DNA of 64,000 bases from Minisyncoccia bacterium (GTDB lineage: Bacteria; Patescibacteriota; Minisyncoccia; Phycocordibacterales; Phycocordibacteraceae). Shown here piece after piece: positions 27,710 through 38,388 of this stretch. The notes under the pieces are model-generated. The model ran no database searches. It was not told where the DNA came from and saw only the letters and a program-made list of their open reading frames with translations. The stretch's first letter is position 1, and each line of letters begins with the position of its first letter. Location: positions 99,200-163,199 of the forward strand of contig JBBQUV010000001.1 in assembly GCA_038212075.1 (NCBI GenBank). Direction: 5' to 3'. The translations under genes and the position numbers were made by a program.

Positions 27710-28963
27710 TTATTTCAAAACAAGGACCAGGACGTCTCGCTTGCCTTTGCGAACGAGAGCAAAGCCATCTGGAAGGTCGTGCACAAAGAGTTTCTGATCC
27801 GGAGTAGGTATAGGAAAGTCATTGATACTAATTCCCTTCTGTTCAATCAAGCGCCGCGCTTCGGATTTTGATGAAACAAGGCCGCCAAGCGTGAGCGCGT
27901 CCACGAGTGGGTATCCTTCAGTCAGTTCCTTTTTTGAAATGGCAAACGAAGGCGCTTCGGCAAGTGCTACTTGGCGCTCTTCGCGCGAAAGCTCTGCAAA
28001 TGAGCGCCCGCCAAACAGTGCATCAGTTGCCGCCGCCGCTTCGGCCGCCGCCGCTGGCCCGTGCACGAGCGAAGTGACTTGGCTTGCAAGAGTCTCTTGC
28101 GCTTCGCGCTCGGCAGGAGCCGCGCGATGTTTTTCCATAAGCACAGTAATGTCTGCAATCGGCATAAAGGTAAAAACGTTGAGGTAGTGCTCAATGTTTT
28201 CGTCCGGAAGGTTAATCCAAAACTGATAAAACTGAAATGGCGATGTTTTCTTTGGATCAAGCCACACGGCATTACCTTCTGACTTCCCAAACTTTTTTCC
28301 TGTGGAATCGGTAACGAGCGGAACCGTGAGCGCAAACACTTCTTTCCCTACGCGCTTACGAATAAGGTCTACTCCGGAAAGAATATTTGTCCATTGATCG
28401 CTCGCCCCAATCTGTACGTTGCAGTCATATTTTGTGTTCAATTCAAGGTAATCGTATGCCTGAAGCAGTGCATAGGTAAACTCGGTGTACGAGATGCTTT
28501 CGTCAGGGGTATCCAGACGTTTTTTAATAAGATCTCGCTTTATCAAGTCATTAACCGTGAAGTGTTTGCCGATATCGCGCAGAAATGGAATGAGCGTAAC
28601 TTTCGTAAGCCAGTCTGCGTTGTCTACCATGCGGAACGAGAGGCGCCCGAGAATATCTTTCAGCTGGTGTTTCAGTGCCTTGGTATTGTTTGCAAGTGTG
28701 CGGTCATCAAGAAGTGAACGTTCCCCTTTTTCTTTCGGGTCACCAATCATCCCTGTTCCTCCACCAACAAGGAAAATAAGCTTGTGTCCCGCCGCCGCAA
28801 GCCGCTTCATTAAGAGAATCGGTACTAAATGCCCTACGTGTGCAGAGTCCGCGGTTGGGTCAATGCCAAGATATATCGTTCGTGGCTCGGAGAGAATTTT
28901 TTCTACATCAGTAGAAAAGTGCTCAATAAGCCCTCGTGCCTTTAGATCATCTACAAGATTCAT
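27710..28963 (-). CDS. tyrS: Tyrosine--tRNA ligase
   Basis: GIDPTADSAHVGH, YALLQAYD, QIGASDQW, KFGKS, C-terminal S4-like domain. Confidence 0.97.
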   Translation of the reverse strand: MNLVDDLKARGLIEHFSTDVEKILSEPRTIYLGIDPTADSAHVGHLVPILLMKRLAAAGHKLIFLVGGGTGMIGDPKEKGERSLLDDRTLANNTKALKHQLKDILGRLSFRMVDNADWLTKVTLIPFLRDIGKHFTVNDLIKRDLIKKRLDTPDESISYTEFTYALLQAYDYLELNTKYDCNVQIGASDQWTNILSGVDLIRKRVGKEVFALTVPLVTDSTGKKFGKSEGNAVWLDPKKTSPFQFYQFWINLPDENIEHYLNVFTFMPIADITVLMEKHRAAPAEREAQETLASQVTSLVHGPAAAAEAAAATDALFGGRSFAELSREERQVALAEAPSFAISKKELTEGYPLVDALTLGGLVSSKSEARRLIEQKGISINDFPIPTPDQKLFVHDLPDGFALVRKGKRDVLVLVLK

Positions 28964-28990
28964 ATCGAGAATATAGCACAGGAGCCAGTC

Positions 28991-29497
28991 CTAGCGAGCA
29001 AAAGCCAAAAGCCCTACGAGAGGTGCAATAAACCACCAGAAGAAATATTTTGCCGGAGCAAAGTACATTTCTATTACTTCCGGAAAAGTGTACACGCCGC
29101 GGAGTGAGAAGCTGTGGTAAGCAAGCGCTATCAAAAATCCTGCAGTGAGAAGACATATAATACCGATACCGACATTCCCTGTAGAGAACAACGCCCCACC
29201 CATATTTCTGCGAAGAATATAGTACGAAAGAGCGACAAAAATAGTGTACAGAATGAGCGAGGTGATGGTGACGTTTAGTGCGGCACTCCCTGTGTGGAGC
29301 GCGTCAGCAAACGGAAACACGGTGTACACGGCAAACCCGACATACAGCGAAGCAACGAGCGCGACAAACGCAGAACGGCCCATCTGGTGCGAGAAAAAAA
29401 ACAATACGCCCGCAAGAACAATAAGAATGAGGAAATTGAGGAGGAGTGTCCAAGCTTCAGTAACGCCGTTTGTTGCGAGCGAAGTAATTGCGTTCAT
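28991..29497 (-). CDS. Hypothetical multi-TM membrane protein
   Basis: About five hydrophobic segments, directly downstream of dnaJ. Confidence 0.75.
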   Translation of the reverse strand: MNAITSLATNGVTEAWTLLLNFLILIVLAGVLFFFSHQMGRSAFVALVASLYVGFAVYTVFPFADALHTGSAALNVTITSLILYTIFVALSYYILRRNMGGALFSTGNVGIGIICLLTAGFLIALAYHSFSLRGVYTFPEVIEMYFAPAKYFFWWFIAPLVGLLAFAR

Positions 29498-29504
29498 TCT
29501 TGAA

Positions 29505-30590
29505 TTATAATCCCTCGCTCTTTAATTCTTCTATCGATTTTTTAGCACGAGTGGATAGTTTTTTAGGAAGCGTTGCTGATACATGAATGAGAAGATCGCC
29601 GTGCGAGCTTCCATACGGCACACCTTTTCCGCGCACACGCAGGGTTTCTTCAGTTTTGCTTAGTGCTGGCACGGTGACCTCGATAGACTTACCATCTAGT
29701 GTTTCTACATTCACCGTAGTCCCGAGAAGTGCATCAGAGAGTTTCAGGGGGAGTTCCATCACTAAGTTTGTACCGTCTTTGCGAAAGACCGCGTGTGCTT
29801 TTACGTGGACTTTTATATACAAATCGCCGGCAGTGCCACCCTTCACGGCTTCACCTTTTTGCGGCATACGAATCATTTCGCCGTCATCAATACCTGCAGG
29901 AATAGACATGTGAATTTCTTCTTCTTTGCGCAGAGTGCCACGACCCGAACAGGTTGAGCACTTTTCCTTTGGAATTTTACCGGTTCCCTCACACGTCGGG
30001 CAGGCGCGAACACTGGTGAACTGACCAAGCATAGAATTGCGTGTTTCGTGTACTTTTCCAGCACCATTACAGGTTTTGCACGTATCCATGTCGGTTCCCG
30101 GCTTTGCTCCGGAACCTTTGCAGGTATCGCACTCACCGACTTTTGCAATAAGCACGGAACGCTTCACCCCGAAGACCGCTTCTTTAAAAGAAACTTCAAT
30201 ATCGATGGAAATGTCACGGCCACGCGGCGTGCGGTTTCCCCCGCCACGTCCACCAAACATGTCTCCAAAGCCTTGGAAGATATCCCCGAAATCAAATTCT
30301 GAAAATTGGCCGTTTTGGAATCCGTTGAAATCAAAACCACCAAAGCCCTGCGCGCCGCCCTGCTGTCCTTGCCCGCCACCTGGGAATGACTGCCCGTAGG
30401 TATCGTATTCGCGGCGGCGTTTTTCGTCTGCAAGAATACTGTATGCCTCGGTTACTTCTTTAAACTTTGCTTCGTCACCACCACCCTTGTCTGGGTGGTA
30501 TTTGTGCGCAAGCTTACGGAACGCTTTTTTAATGTCGTCCGGCGTTGCCTTTTTATCTACCCCAAGCACGTTGTAGTAATCCTTCGCCAT
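29505..30590 (-). CDS. dnaJ: Chaperone DnaJ
   Basis: HPD J-domain, G/F region, four CxxCxGxG repeats. Confidence 0.97.
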   Translation of the reverse strand: MAKDYYNVLGVDKKATPDDIKKAFRKLAHKYHPDKGGGDEAKFKEVTEAYSILADEKRRREYDTYGQSFPGGGQGQQGGAQGFGGFDFNGFQNGQFSEFDFGDIFQGFGDMFGGRGGGNRTPRGRDISIDIEVSFKEAVFGVKRSVLIAKVGECDTCKGSGAKPGTDMDTCKTCNGAGKVHETRNSMLGQFTSVRACPTCEGTGKIPKEKCSTCSGRGTLRKEEEIHMSIPAGIDDGEMIRMPQKGEAVKGGTAGDLYIKVHVKAHAVFRKDGTNLVMELPLKLSDALLGTTVNVETLDGKSIEVTVPALSKTEETLRVRGKGVPYGSSHGDLLIHVSATLPKKLSTRAKKSIEELKSEGL

Positions 30591-30622
30591 AAAAAAAGTA
30601 TACGCTTCTCGCTTTTACTATG

Positions 30623-30657
30623 CAAAATCACGAGCCTGAGCTCGTGATTTTGATTTT
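30623..30657 (-). terminator. Hairpin after dnaK
   Basis: CAAAATCACGAGC-ctga-GCTCGTGATTTTG. Confidence 0.75.
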
Positions 30658-32547
30658 TTATTCCGCTGGTTTTTCTTTGAATTCTGCGTCGGTGGCAGGT
30701 GGTGCGTCCGGTGGTGGCTGTCCGCCATCTGCTGGCGCTTTGGGCTGATCTTTCATCATCGCTTCGCCAATTTTGGAAAGCGTAGAAGAAAGTGCTTCCG
30801 TTGCCGATTTTATTTTCTCTAAATCTTCACCATCTTTCACGGCCTTGAGATCGGAAATTTTATTCTGAACTTCAGCGACAACTTCAGCACCTGCTTTCTC
30901 GCCGTTTTCTTTAATGGCTTTTTCTGCAGCGTAAATCATCTGGTCTGCCATGTTTTTGGCTTCGACGAGCGCCTTGCGCTTCTCATCCCCCGCTACGTTT
31001 GCTTCTGCATCCTTCTGCATACGCTCAATGTCATCTTTTGAAAGCCCGGTAGAGCCTTCAATGCGGATAGATTGTTCTTTCCCTGTGGTCTTTTCTTTTG
31101 CTTTCACCGTAAGAATGCCGTTAGAGTCCACATCAAACGTTACTTCCACTTGCGGCAAACCACGCGGAGCTGGCGGAATACCATCAAGCATAAAGCGTCC
31201 GAGCGATTTGTTATCGGCGCTCATCGCGCGCTCTCCTTGTGTAACACTGATTTCAACCGATGGCTGGTTGTCGCTTGCTGTAGAGAACACTTGCGAACGA
31301 CTCGTTGGAATTGCCGTGTTGCGTTCAATAAGTTTCGTTGCCACGCCACCCATCGTTTCAATAGAAAGTGAGAGCGGGATAACATCCACAAGAAGAATAT
31401 CTTTCACATCTCCTTGCAAAATACCGGCTTGAATCGCCGCGCCGATTGCAACTACTTCGTCGGGGTTCACGGTCATATTTGGCTTTTTGCCGAAGTAGGC
31501 TTCTACTGCCGCTTGAATTGCGGGCATACGGGTTTGTCCACCCACAAGCACTACTTCATTGATGTCGCCAATTTTAAATGGTGATGCTTCCATCGCGCGT
31601 TTGGTGATGGCAAGCGCCCGCTCTACAAATTCTGCAGAAAGCTCTTCAAGCTTTGCGCGCGTCATTTTAATAAGAAGATGGCGTGGACCGTTTGCGTCTG
31701 AAGTGATGAACGGAATGTTCACTTCGGTTTCCATGGCGCTTGAAAGCTCAATTTTTGCCTTCTCAGCGGCCTCATCAAGACGCTGACGCGCAAGCGCATC
31801 GGTGCGCACGTCTATACCACTTTCCTTCTTAAATTCGTCAGCAATCCAGTTGATGATTTTTTGATCAATATCTTTACCACCCAAGTGAGCGTCGCCATCG
31901 GTGCTACGAACTTCCACCACATCATCTCCTACTTCAAGCACAGAAATGTCAAACGTACCGCCACCGAAGTCGAAGACCACAATCTTTTCTTCTTTCTTTT
32001 TGTTAAAACCGTAGGCAAGTGCCGCGGCTGTTGGTTCGTTAATGATGCGCTTCACATCAAGTCCCGCAATCTTTCCGGCATCCTTGGTAGCGTTTCGCTG
32101 TGCATCGTTGAAGTATGCAGGAACCGTAATAACGGCTTCGGTAATTTTCTCCCCAAGTTTTGCTTCAGCGTCTGCTTTCATTTTGCCCAAAATCATCGCG
32201 GAGATTTCTTCCGGGCGATACCACTTGTCTGCCATCTTCACTTCAATGCCGCCGTTGTCTGTCTTCTTCATTTCAAATGGCACGGACTCTTTGTCTTTTT
32301 GTACACCTGCTTCGTCAAAGGTGTGACCAATAAAACGTTTAATTTGGTATACCGTATTGGTGGGGTTGGTTACTGACTGACGCTTGGCAAGTGTGCCAAC
32401 AATACGCTCGCCGTTTTTACCAACGGCAACGATAGAAGGCATCGTGCGGGAGCCTTCAGCATTTTCAAGCACACGCGGCTCACCACCCTCAACGATAGCC
32501 ATTGCTGAGTTTGTTGTTCCGAGGTCGATTCCAAGAATTTTTGCCAT
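30658..32547 (-). CDS. dnaK: Chaperone DnaK
   Basis: [36 protein letters not shown]. Confidence 0.98.
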   Translation of the reverse strand: MAKILGIDLGTTNSAMAIVEGGEPRVLENAEGSRTMPSIVAVGKNGERIVGTLAKRQSVTNPTNTVYQIKRFIGHTFDEAGVQKDKESVPFEMKKTDNGGIEVKMADKWYRPEEISAMILGKMKADAEAKLGEKITEAVITVPAYFNDAQRNATKDAGKIAGLDVKRIINEPTAAALAYGFNKKKEEKIVVFDFGGGTFDISVLEVGDDVVEVRSTDGDAHLGGKDIDQKIINWIADEFKKESGIDVRTDALARQRLDEAAEKAKIELSSAMETEVNIPFITSDANGPRHLLIKMTRAKLEELSAEFVERALAITKRAMEASPFKIGDINEVVLVGGQTRMPAIQAAVEAYFGKKPNMTVNPDEVVAIGAAIQAGILQGDVKDILLVDVIPLSLSIETMGGVATKLIERNTAIPTSRSQVFSTASDNQPSVEISVTQGERAMSADNKSLGRFMLDGIPPAPRGLPQVEVTFDVDSNGILTVKAKEKTTGKEQSIRIEGSTGLSKDDIERMQKDAEANVAGDEKRKALVEAKNMADQMIYAAEKAIKENGEKAGAEVVAEVQNKISDLKAVKDGEDLEKIKSATEALSSTLSKIGEAMMKDQPKAPADGGQPPPDAPPATDAEFKEKPAE

Positions 32548-32570
32548 ACGGTAAAAAGGTTACTTAATAG

Positions 32571-32599
32571 ATACTACGTAAATCAGTGTTTCGGTGCAA
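32571..32599 (-). promoter_or_regulatory. Putative dnaK promoter
   Basis: TTGCAC-N17-TAGTAT. Confidence 0.55.
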
Positions 32600-32660
32600 G
32601 TGTGCGCCAAACAGTGACGGGTTGTGAACGCGGCTTGGGAAACGTCTACGAAAGAGAGAC

Positions 32661-33215
32661 CTAATTTGCGTAGTGCGCAACTTTTACCTTTGCCGGTCTA
32701 ATAATGCTCTCTCCCTGTTTCCACCCTCGCTCGAGCACAGCAGTCACGGTATCGTCCCTTGCTTTATCATCGGTGACATCCTGCCCAAAAGCTTCGTGAA
32801 AAAGTGGGTTGAACGACTCACCTACCTCGCCGACAGGAACCAGCCCAAGAGAAGTAAAGGCTCCTTCTAACTGCTTAACAATGCCCGCAAACCCTTCAGG
32901 AATTTCCCCGTGTTCTTTTGCCCGCTCAATCGCATCAAATGCGGGCAAAAGGACTTCAACAGCGGCGGTCGTCCCTGCTTGTTTTGCTGACTTTTTCTCT
33001 TCTTCAAAACGACGAAGTGCGTTTACGTAGTCTGCTTTGGAACGTTGCCACCCGTCCATATATTCTTGCTTCTCTTTACGAGTACTCTCCAGCTCTTTTT
33101 TTAGTTGCACTACCTTACTCACCGCATTGTCATTCCCTGCATCGGAATCAACATCTGCTTGGCGTTTTTGGTTTTCCTCTGCTTCTGCATCTACAACAAA
33201 ATCATCTTCGTTCAT
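32661..33215 (-). CDS. grpE: Nucleotide exchange factor GrpE
   Basis: QRSKADYVN, FNPLFHEA, RGW..IIRPAKVKV; upstream of dnaK. Confidence 0.94.
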   Translation of the reverse strand: MNEDDFVVDAEAEENQKRQADVDSDAGNDNAVSKVVQLKKELESTRKEKQEYMDGWQRSKADYVNALRRFEEEKKSAKQAGTTAAVEVLLPAFDAIERAKEHGEIPEGFAGIVKQLEGAFTSLGLVPVGEVGESFNPLFHEAFGQDVTDDKARDDTVTAVLERGWKQGESIIRPAKVKVAHYAN

Positions 33216-33261
33216 AAAGCTCAGTATGCCGAAAGTAAATACGCATGTCAAAAAATGGAAA

Positions 33262-33290
33262 CCCCCGTCAGACATGTAAGTCTGCGGGGG
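33262..33290 (-). terminator. Terminator after the LysM gene
   Basis: CCCCCG(T)CAGAC...GTCTGCGGGGG hairpin with minus-strand U-rich tail. Confidence 0.65.
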
Positions 33291-33323
33291 CTTCTGTTAC
33301 GGATACTGCCGTAACTCAGGTAC

Positions 33324-34535
33324 TCATTGCTTCATGGTGAGGATGATTTCCTCCACGCCATTAGGCAGGTTGGTAACGCGAACGTCACTCAGGCCAACGC
33401 CTTTGTGAAGAACGCGCATTGCCGGCTTGCCGGGACGTGCCGGTTGGACGAGCACGAACGGGTGCTCGCTGTCGACTGCGGGCGCGGGGCCTGCATCGAC
33501 AACCGGTTCTGCGGCCGCCGGAGCGGTCTGCGGAACCGGTGCTGAGGCAACCGGCGTTTCCGTCGGTTGCACCGCGTCTGGAACGAAGCAGAAGTTGGAA
33601 TTCAGCTTCTGATCCTCCATGCCGGAAAGGTCGTTCCCGCATTCGCGCAGGAAGTACACAACCTTCCGTTTGCCACTCGGCAAACGCGCAAAGCCACGGA
33701 ACGCCCGCTGGCCGGTGTGGTTGAAGCCCTCCACACGGCCGTCACCAAACCGGACCATCCGGTAACCCCACACGCGTCCGGAGGTTACCTGTTCTATCTT
33801 GAGCTGAGCGGCCGGTATTCCGGTCTGCCGAGCGGCGATGTCGAGCAGGTGTGTGCTCGCATCTTCAAGATTGTTCACCCCGCCATGAATGACTGGCGGG
33901 CCGGCGTTTACCGGATCGCGGTTCATTTCAAGCACTCGGTCCTGTACGGTCCGGTCGGACCTACGGGCCGCGCGCTCCCTTGCGAGATCGGTGAGCGCTG
34001 TCTCTGCGCGACGATACTCGTCGTTCCAGTTGCTGTTCAGTGCTTTGGCACGCTCCCGCGCACGATTGCGTTCTAGCCACAGGGCAAGAGCAATCGCCGC
34101 AAGAATGGCGAACAGAAGCCAGAACAACGGCAGGATGCCGTCGAACCACCCTGATGCGACGACAGGTTTGGAAGCTGTCGCATGCACAGCCTTTGGCTGT
34201 GCCGGAGGTGGTACGAACGCCGGCTTTTGTATGTCGCCGGTGTTGGTGAGTCCCTGCAGGCACTCGCCGGGTTTGAGGATCAAAATGGTGATCCTCTGAC
34301 CGTTCACGAATAGCCGGCCAGGCTCATGAATCTGGAGATTTGCATCCCAGACCCATTTGCGCCACGACGTGGCGTCGTGGTGATATTTTTCGGCGAGTTG
34401 CCACGCCGTATCACCCGTTTGAACCGTATAGCCATTGCATGGCGGTACGATCCAGTTGGATTGGGTGGTTGCAAATGCCGGCGTTGCCGCAAGCATCAGG
34501 AGCGCGATAAGCGCCATCACAATTTTTTTTCGCAC
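33324..34535 (-). CDS. LysM-domain membrane protein (accessory)
   Basis: Signal peptide, YTVQTGDTAWQLAEKY..DANLQI..LKPG LysM, internal TM, coiled coil, unknown C-terminal region. Confidence 0.75.
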   Translation of the reverse strand: MRKKIVMALIALLMLAATPAFATTQSNWIVPPCNGYTVQTGDTAWQLAEKYHHDATSWRKWVWDANLQIHEPGRLFVNGQRITILILKPGECLQGLTNTGDIQKPAFVPPPAQPKAVHATASKPVVASGWFDGILPLFWLLFAILAAIALALWLERNRARERAKALNSNWNDEYRRAETALTDLARERAARRSDRTVQDRVLEMNRDPVNAGPPVIHGGVNNLEDASTHLLDIAARQTGIPAAQLKIEQVTSGRVWGYRMVRFGDGRVEGFNHTGQRAFRGFARLPSGKRKVVYFLRECGNDLSGMEDQKLNSNFCFVPDAVQPTETPVASAPVPQTAPAAAEPVVDAGPAPAVDSEHPFVLVQPARPGKPAMRVLHKGVGLSDVRVTNLPNGVEEIILTMKQ

Positions 34536-34614
34536 GGTGTTATGCCTTTCAAGTTACTGATTTCCACACCCATCGCCCACAGCGGGTAATGCCAGCTGAA
34601 ATCTCAGTTCTATA

Positions 34615-34644
34615 ATTATACTACACAAAAATACATATTGTCAA
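34615..34644 (-). promoter_or_regulatory. Consensus sigma70 promoter of the LysM gene
   Basis: TTGACA-N18-TATAAT. Confidence 0.8.
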
Positions 34645-34651
34645 TATACGT

Positions 34652-34678
34652 AAAAACCCGCCAAATAGGCGGGTTTTT
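34652..34678 (-). terminator. Terminator of the ribosomal protein operon
   Basis: AAAAACCCGCC-aaata-GGCGGGTTTTT. Confidence 0.85.
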
Positions 34679-34694
34679 GCTTTGTGCAAGCGGA

Positions 34695-35090
34695 TTAACG
34701 TTTGCTCCACTGCTTACGCTTACGAGCCTTAACCAGACCTGGCTTCTTGCGTTCCTTGGCGCGAGGATCACGTTTAAGGAATCCTGCCTTCTTAAGGGTA
34801 GTGCGTGTTCCTGCGTTGATTGTAACCGCGGCACGGGCGATACCCATGCGCACCGCATCTGCCTGAGCAGACTTACCGCCACCCGATACCATTGCCGTTA
34901 CCGCATAGGTTTCAGAAAGTTCTGCGGCCTTGAGTGATTCTTCGGCAATAGTTGCGCGCTCAAGCGTGTGGAAGTAGTCCCTTGCTGGCATACCGTTTAC
35001 GGTAACCGTTGACTCCTTCGCCGGAGTAAGGCGAACGTTTGCACGTGCTGTTTTACGTCGCCCAATTGCTGAAATGTATTTGGTATCCAT
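34695..35090 (-). CDS. rpsI: 30S ribosomal protein S9
   Basis: GRRKTARA, GGGKSAQADA, RDPRAKERKK, QWSKR. Confidence 0.98.
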   Translation of the reverse strand: MDTKYISAIGRRKTARANVRLTPAKESTVTVNGMPARDYFHTLERATIAEESLKAAELSETYAVTAMVSGGGKSAQADAVRMGIARAAVTINAGTRTTLKKAGFLKRDPRAKERKKPGLVKARKRKQWSKR

Positions 35091-35092
35091 AA

Positions 35093-35446
35093 TTAATCTT
35101 GAACGGTCAAACGCTTCATGCGCTCCTTCCGGAGTGTGTTGCGGGGGAGCATGCCATCAACAGTCTTCTTCACCACTTCACCAATACCCTTCTTCAAGGT
35201 CAGTTCGTGCATGGTTGTTTCGCGAAGTCCGCCTGGGTAACCCGTGTAGCGCGTGTAGATCTTTCCTTTTGCGCGCTTGTCGGAGATAACGAGCTTCTTT
35301 GCATTTATGATGATGACTTCAATCGGAAGAACCGCATTCTTCACAAAGTGTGCTGAGCGTTTTCCAAGAAGTGCGTGTGCGGCATCGCTTGCAACACGGC
35401 CGAGTGTGCGTCCTGAAGCGTCGATGGTGTAGGTAATTTTATCCAT
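35093..35446 (-). CDS. rplM: 50S ribosomal protein L13
   Basis: IDASGRTLGRVAS, YTGYPGGL, GMLPRN. Confidence 0.97.
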   Translation of the reverse strand: MDKITYTIDASGRTLGRVASDAAHALLGKRSAHFVKNAVLPIEVIIINAKKLVISDKRAKGKIYTRYTGYPGGLRETTMHELTLKKGIGEVVKKTVDGMLPRNTLRKERMKRLTVQD

Positions 35447-35451
35447 AAGAA

Positions 35452-35805
35452 TTATACGAAGGCGATGTAGGCAAGCTTGCGTGCATCATTTGCACCGCGA
35501 ACGGCGCGCTTCACGATGCGAAGGTACCCACCAGCGCGTCCCTTGTAGCGCGGACCAATAGCCACAAAGAGTTTCTTGGTTGCCGCGGCATCATGTATAC
35601 GCGCAGAAACAATACGGCGGTTTGCCACCGTGTCTGCCTTTGCGCGGGTTACGAGCTTTTCCATAAACGGACGGAGCTCTTTTGCTTTTGCTTCGGTGGT
35701 CGAAATGCGCTCGTGAATAACGAGTGAGCGTGCAAGCGAACGGATAAGCGCTTCGCGCTGATCCTTCGCTCGTCCAAACGTTCGGCCTTTGTGATGATGA
35801 CGCAT
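35452..35805 (-). CDS. rplQ: 50S ribosomal protein L17
   Basis: MRH..GR, ISTTEAKAKE, RAGGYLRI. Confidence 0.97.
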   Translation of the reverse strand: MRHHHKGRTFGRAKDQREALIRSLARSLVIHERISTTEAKAKELRPFMEKLVTRAKADTVANRRIVSARIHDAAATKKLFVAIGPRYKGRAGGYLRIVKRAVRGANDARKLAYIAFV

Positions 35806-35813
35806 ACCAGTTT

Positions 35814-36755
35814 TTATTCAGCCTTAAGGGCAAGTCCGGCTTCTTTAAGCGCAAACTCAATCTCCGTGATTGCTTTCTCGCCAACACCATCGAGCTCTTT
35901 AAGCGCGCTTGCTGTTTTGCGAGCAAGACCTGCCGCAGAACGGATACCGGCATCGGTGAGTGCGCTCGTTACGCGAGCTGAAAGACCGAGATCTTCCACT
36001 TTTGCCTTTGAGCCGTCTTTTGCTTCACTTGAAGCTGGTGCTTCATCTCCCGACGAGCTCATGGATTCTTCTTGGAAACCAACCACCGCCTTAAGCTGGT
36101 GAATCATGATTTCAATGGAGCGCTCAAGAGCGTCGCGAGGACCAACCGCGCCGTTTGTTTCAATCAAAATGCGAAGACGGTTAAAGTCGGTGCGATCACC
36201 AACACGCATGTTTTCTACTTCGTAGTTTACGCGACGAATGGGCGTAAAGGTTGCATCGAGCGCGATAGTGCCGATGTCTACCTTGTCTTTGGTAAGTGCT
36301 TCGCGAGGAACGTAGCCAAGGCCGCGTTCAATCGTTGCCTCAAGTTCAAAGGCAACCTTACCAGAAAGGTCAGCAAGGTGCTGTTCAGGATTCTTGATTT
36401 CAACTTGTGATGGGAGCTGAAAATCAGCCGCCGTAACGTCCTTAGGGCCTTTTACGGAAAGCTTGATGGTTTGTGTCTCATCTCCGTGAAGGATGAAGTT
36501 TACGCGCTTCAAGTTAAGGATGATTTCCATAACTGATTCACGAACGCCTTCGATGGTGGCGAATTCGTGCGCAACGTTTTCAATTTTTACGGACGTAACT
36601 GCCGCTCCCGGAAGGGATGACAAAATAATGCGACGGAGACTGTTGCCCAAGGTCTGACCGTACCCTGGATAAAGGGAGTCAATTTCGTAAACGCCCTGCA
36701 TTCCCTCTTCGGAAACGACACGAGGCTTGGACGGAAGTGTGATGTGGTATTCCAT
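35814..36755 (-). CDS. rpoA: RNA polymerase subunit alpha
   Basis: GYGQTLGNSLRRIILSS, HEFATIEGVRE, DATFTPIRRV. Confidence 0.98.
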   Translation of the reverse strand: MEYHITLPSKPRVVSEEGMQGVYEIDSLYPGYGQTLGNSLRRIILSSLPGAAVTSVKIENVAHEFATIEGVRESVMEIILNLKRVNFILHGDETQTIKLSVKGPKDVTAADFQLPSQVEIKNPEQHLADLSGKVAFELEATIERGLGYVPREALTKDKVDIGTIALDATFTPIRRVNYEVENMRVGDRTDFNRLRILIETNGAVGPRDALERSIEIMIHQLKAVVGFQEESMSSSGDEAPASSEAKDGSKAKVEDLGLSARVTSALTDAGIRSAAGLARKTASALKELDGVGEKAITEIEFALKEAGLALKAE

Positions 36756-36783
36756 AACTCAATCAATTACCGATGATTAAAAA

Positions 36784-37392
36784 TTAACGACTGTAGAACG
36801 AGAGCACGACCGCAAGGTCGCCCGCAGGATCTGCAGACGCCATGTTTGGCATGTCCTGGATTGCTCCGGACATGTTCTTTGCGTCCCATGTAAGCCACGA
36901 AGCGAGAGGACGTTCTGCAAATTTCTCTGCAAAACCTTCATACATCACGCTTGCCTTGCTTCCTTCACGAACCGCAATAACGTCGGTCGATTTGATGCGC
37001 TGTGAAGGAATGGTTGTTTTCTTCCCGTTCACAGTGATGTGACCGTGCGATACCATTTGGCGAGCGGCACGGCGCGTCTTGGCAAGTCCAAGGCGGTACA
37101 CGATGCTATCCAAACGAAGTTCAAGAAGACGGTGCAGAAGTTCTGCAGGATTTGCACCGTGCTCTTCCATGGCTTCACGTACGTAGTTACCAAACTGCTT
37201 CTCAGAAAGGCCGTAGGTAATACGTACCTTCTGCTTCTCGAGCAACTGCTTTCCGAACTCGGAAGCACCGCGAGAACGCTTTTTGTTCTTTGCGGAGCGT
37301 TCTGCGGCAATAGCAAATTTTTGCGACTGTGTTTTTTCAAACACAGAAGCTCCGAGACGCTTAGCAATTTTATATTTTGGTCCGATTTTCAT
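36784..37392 (-). CDS. rpsD: 30S ribosomal protein S4
   Basis: [29 protein letters not shown]. Confidence 0.97.
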   Translation of the reverse strand: MKIGPKYKIAKRLGASVFEKTQSQKFAIAAERSAKNKKRSRGASEFGKQLLEKQKVRITYGLSEKQFGNYVREAMEEHGANPAELLHRLLELRLDSIVYRLGLAKTRRAARQMVSHGHITVNGKKTTIPSQRIKSTDVIAVREGSKASVMYEGFAEKFAERPLASWLTWDAKNMSGAIQDMPNMASADPAGDLAVVLSFYSR

Positions 37393-37398
37393 ATAAGT

Positions 37399-37833
37399 TT
37401 AGACGCGACGAGGCTTAGGCGGACGCGGACCGTTATGTGGTACGGGTGTTGCGTCTTTAATAGAACGGATCTGGATTCCTTTTCCGGCAAAAGCACGGAG
37501 TGCTGATTCGCGGCCAGCACCAACGCCACGAATGATGACGGAGGCTTCCTTAAGGCCAACAATGGCACCTTTTTCACCAAGAAGTTCGCCAACCTTTGCG
37601 GCCGCGTACGGAGTGGATTTGCGAGCACCGGTGAAGCCTAGAGCGCCCGCAGAGGACGACATAATGGCATTACCCTTTTCATCGGTGAGAACAGCCTTAG
37701 TGTTATTGAAGGTTGCTTCAATATGCAAAATGCCGCGCTCGACACGCTTTTTTGCGACCTTGGAGAGCGCGCGTTCTTTGCGTCCCTGATCAAGCCCACG
37801 TCCTGATTTTTTGATGATGCGTTTTTTACCCAT
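37399..37833 (-). CDS. rpsK: 30S ribosomal protein S11
   Basis: ATFNNT, RKSTPYAA, DATPVPHNG. Confidence 0.98.
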   Translation of the reverse strand: MGKKRIIKKSGRGLDQGRKERALSKVAKKRVERGILHIEATFNNTKAVLTDEKGNAIMSSSAGALGFTGARKSTPYAAAKVGELLGEKGAIVGLKEASVIIRGVGAGRESALRAFAGKGIQIRSIKDATPVPHNGPRPPKPRRV

Positions 37834-37839
37834 AGTATT

Positions 37840-38220
37840 TTATGTCTTTTCAAGCGTACGACGACCCGAGCCCATGGTCTTGCGAACGTTTCCACGACGA
37901 GTACGAGAATTCGTTTTGGTGCGCTGATTGCGTACCGGAAGACCGCGTTCGTGGCGGTTTCCGCGACGACTCTTGATGTCTTTCAACCGTTTAATGTTCT
38001 GACCAATTTCACGACGGAGCTCGCCCTCAATGGTGTATGCCTCAGCAAGTGAACGAATCTTCTGCTCTTCTGCAGAGGTAAGATCCTTTCCTTTTTTAGT
38101 AAGGGCAACACCTGCTTGGGTCAAAATGAGACGTGCACGCGAAGGGCCAATGCCGTAAATTTGCGGCAACGTGTACGCAAGCTGTTTGTCGTCTGGAAGG
38201 GTTATACCGGAAATACGCAT
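37840..38220 (-). CDS. rpsM: 30S ribosomal protein S13
   Basis: IYGIG, EGELRRE, LPVRNQRTKTNSRT. Confidence 0.98.
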   Translation of the reverse strand: MRISGITLPDDKQLAYTLPQIYGIGPSRARLILTQAGVALTKKGKDLTSAEEQKIRSLAEAYTIEGELRREIGQNIKRLKDIKSRRGNRHERGLPVRNQRTKTNSRTRRGNVRKTMGSGRRTLEKT

Positions 38221-38229
38221 ATGAAAAAA

Positions 38230-38346
38230 TTAACCCTGACGCGCCTTACGGCGGGGGTTTTTCTTATTGATACGATACAAACGCCCGCCGCGACGGACGA
38301 GAAGATCTCCTGGTTGCTGTTTTTTTATAGAAGCACGAACTTTCAT
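38230..38346 (-). CDS. rpmJ: 50S ribosomal protein L36 (zinc-free type; not in the ORF track)
   Basis: Manual translation [38 protein letters not shown], between infA and rpsM. Confidence 0.95.
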   Translation of the reverse strand: MKVRASIKKQQPGDLLVRRGGRLYRINKKNPRRKARQG

Positions 38347-38388
38347 GTCGTAACGCAATCGCGGTTAGATCGCACCAAGTAAATAAAA

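Noticed and set aside
32548-33323. CIRCE element or hrcA at the grpE-dnaK-dnaJ locus
   Set aside because: No TTAGCACTC-N9-GAGTGCTAA and no hrcA-like ORF seen
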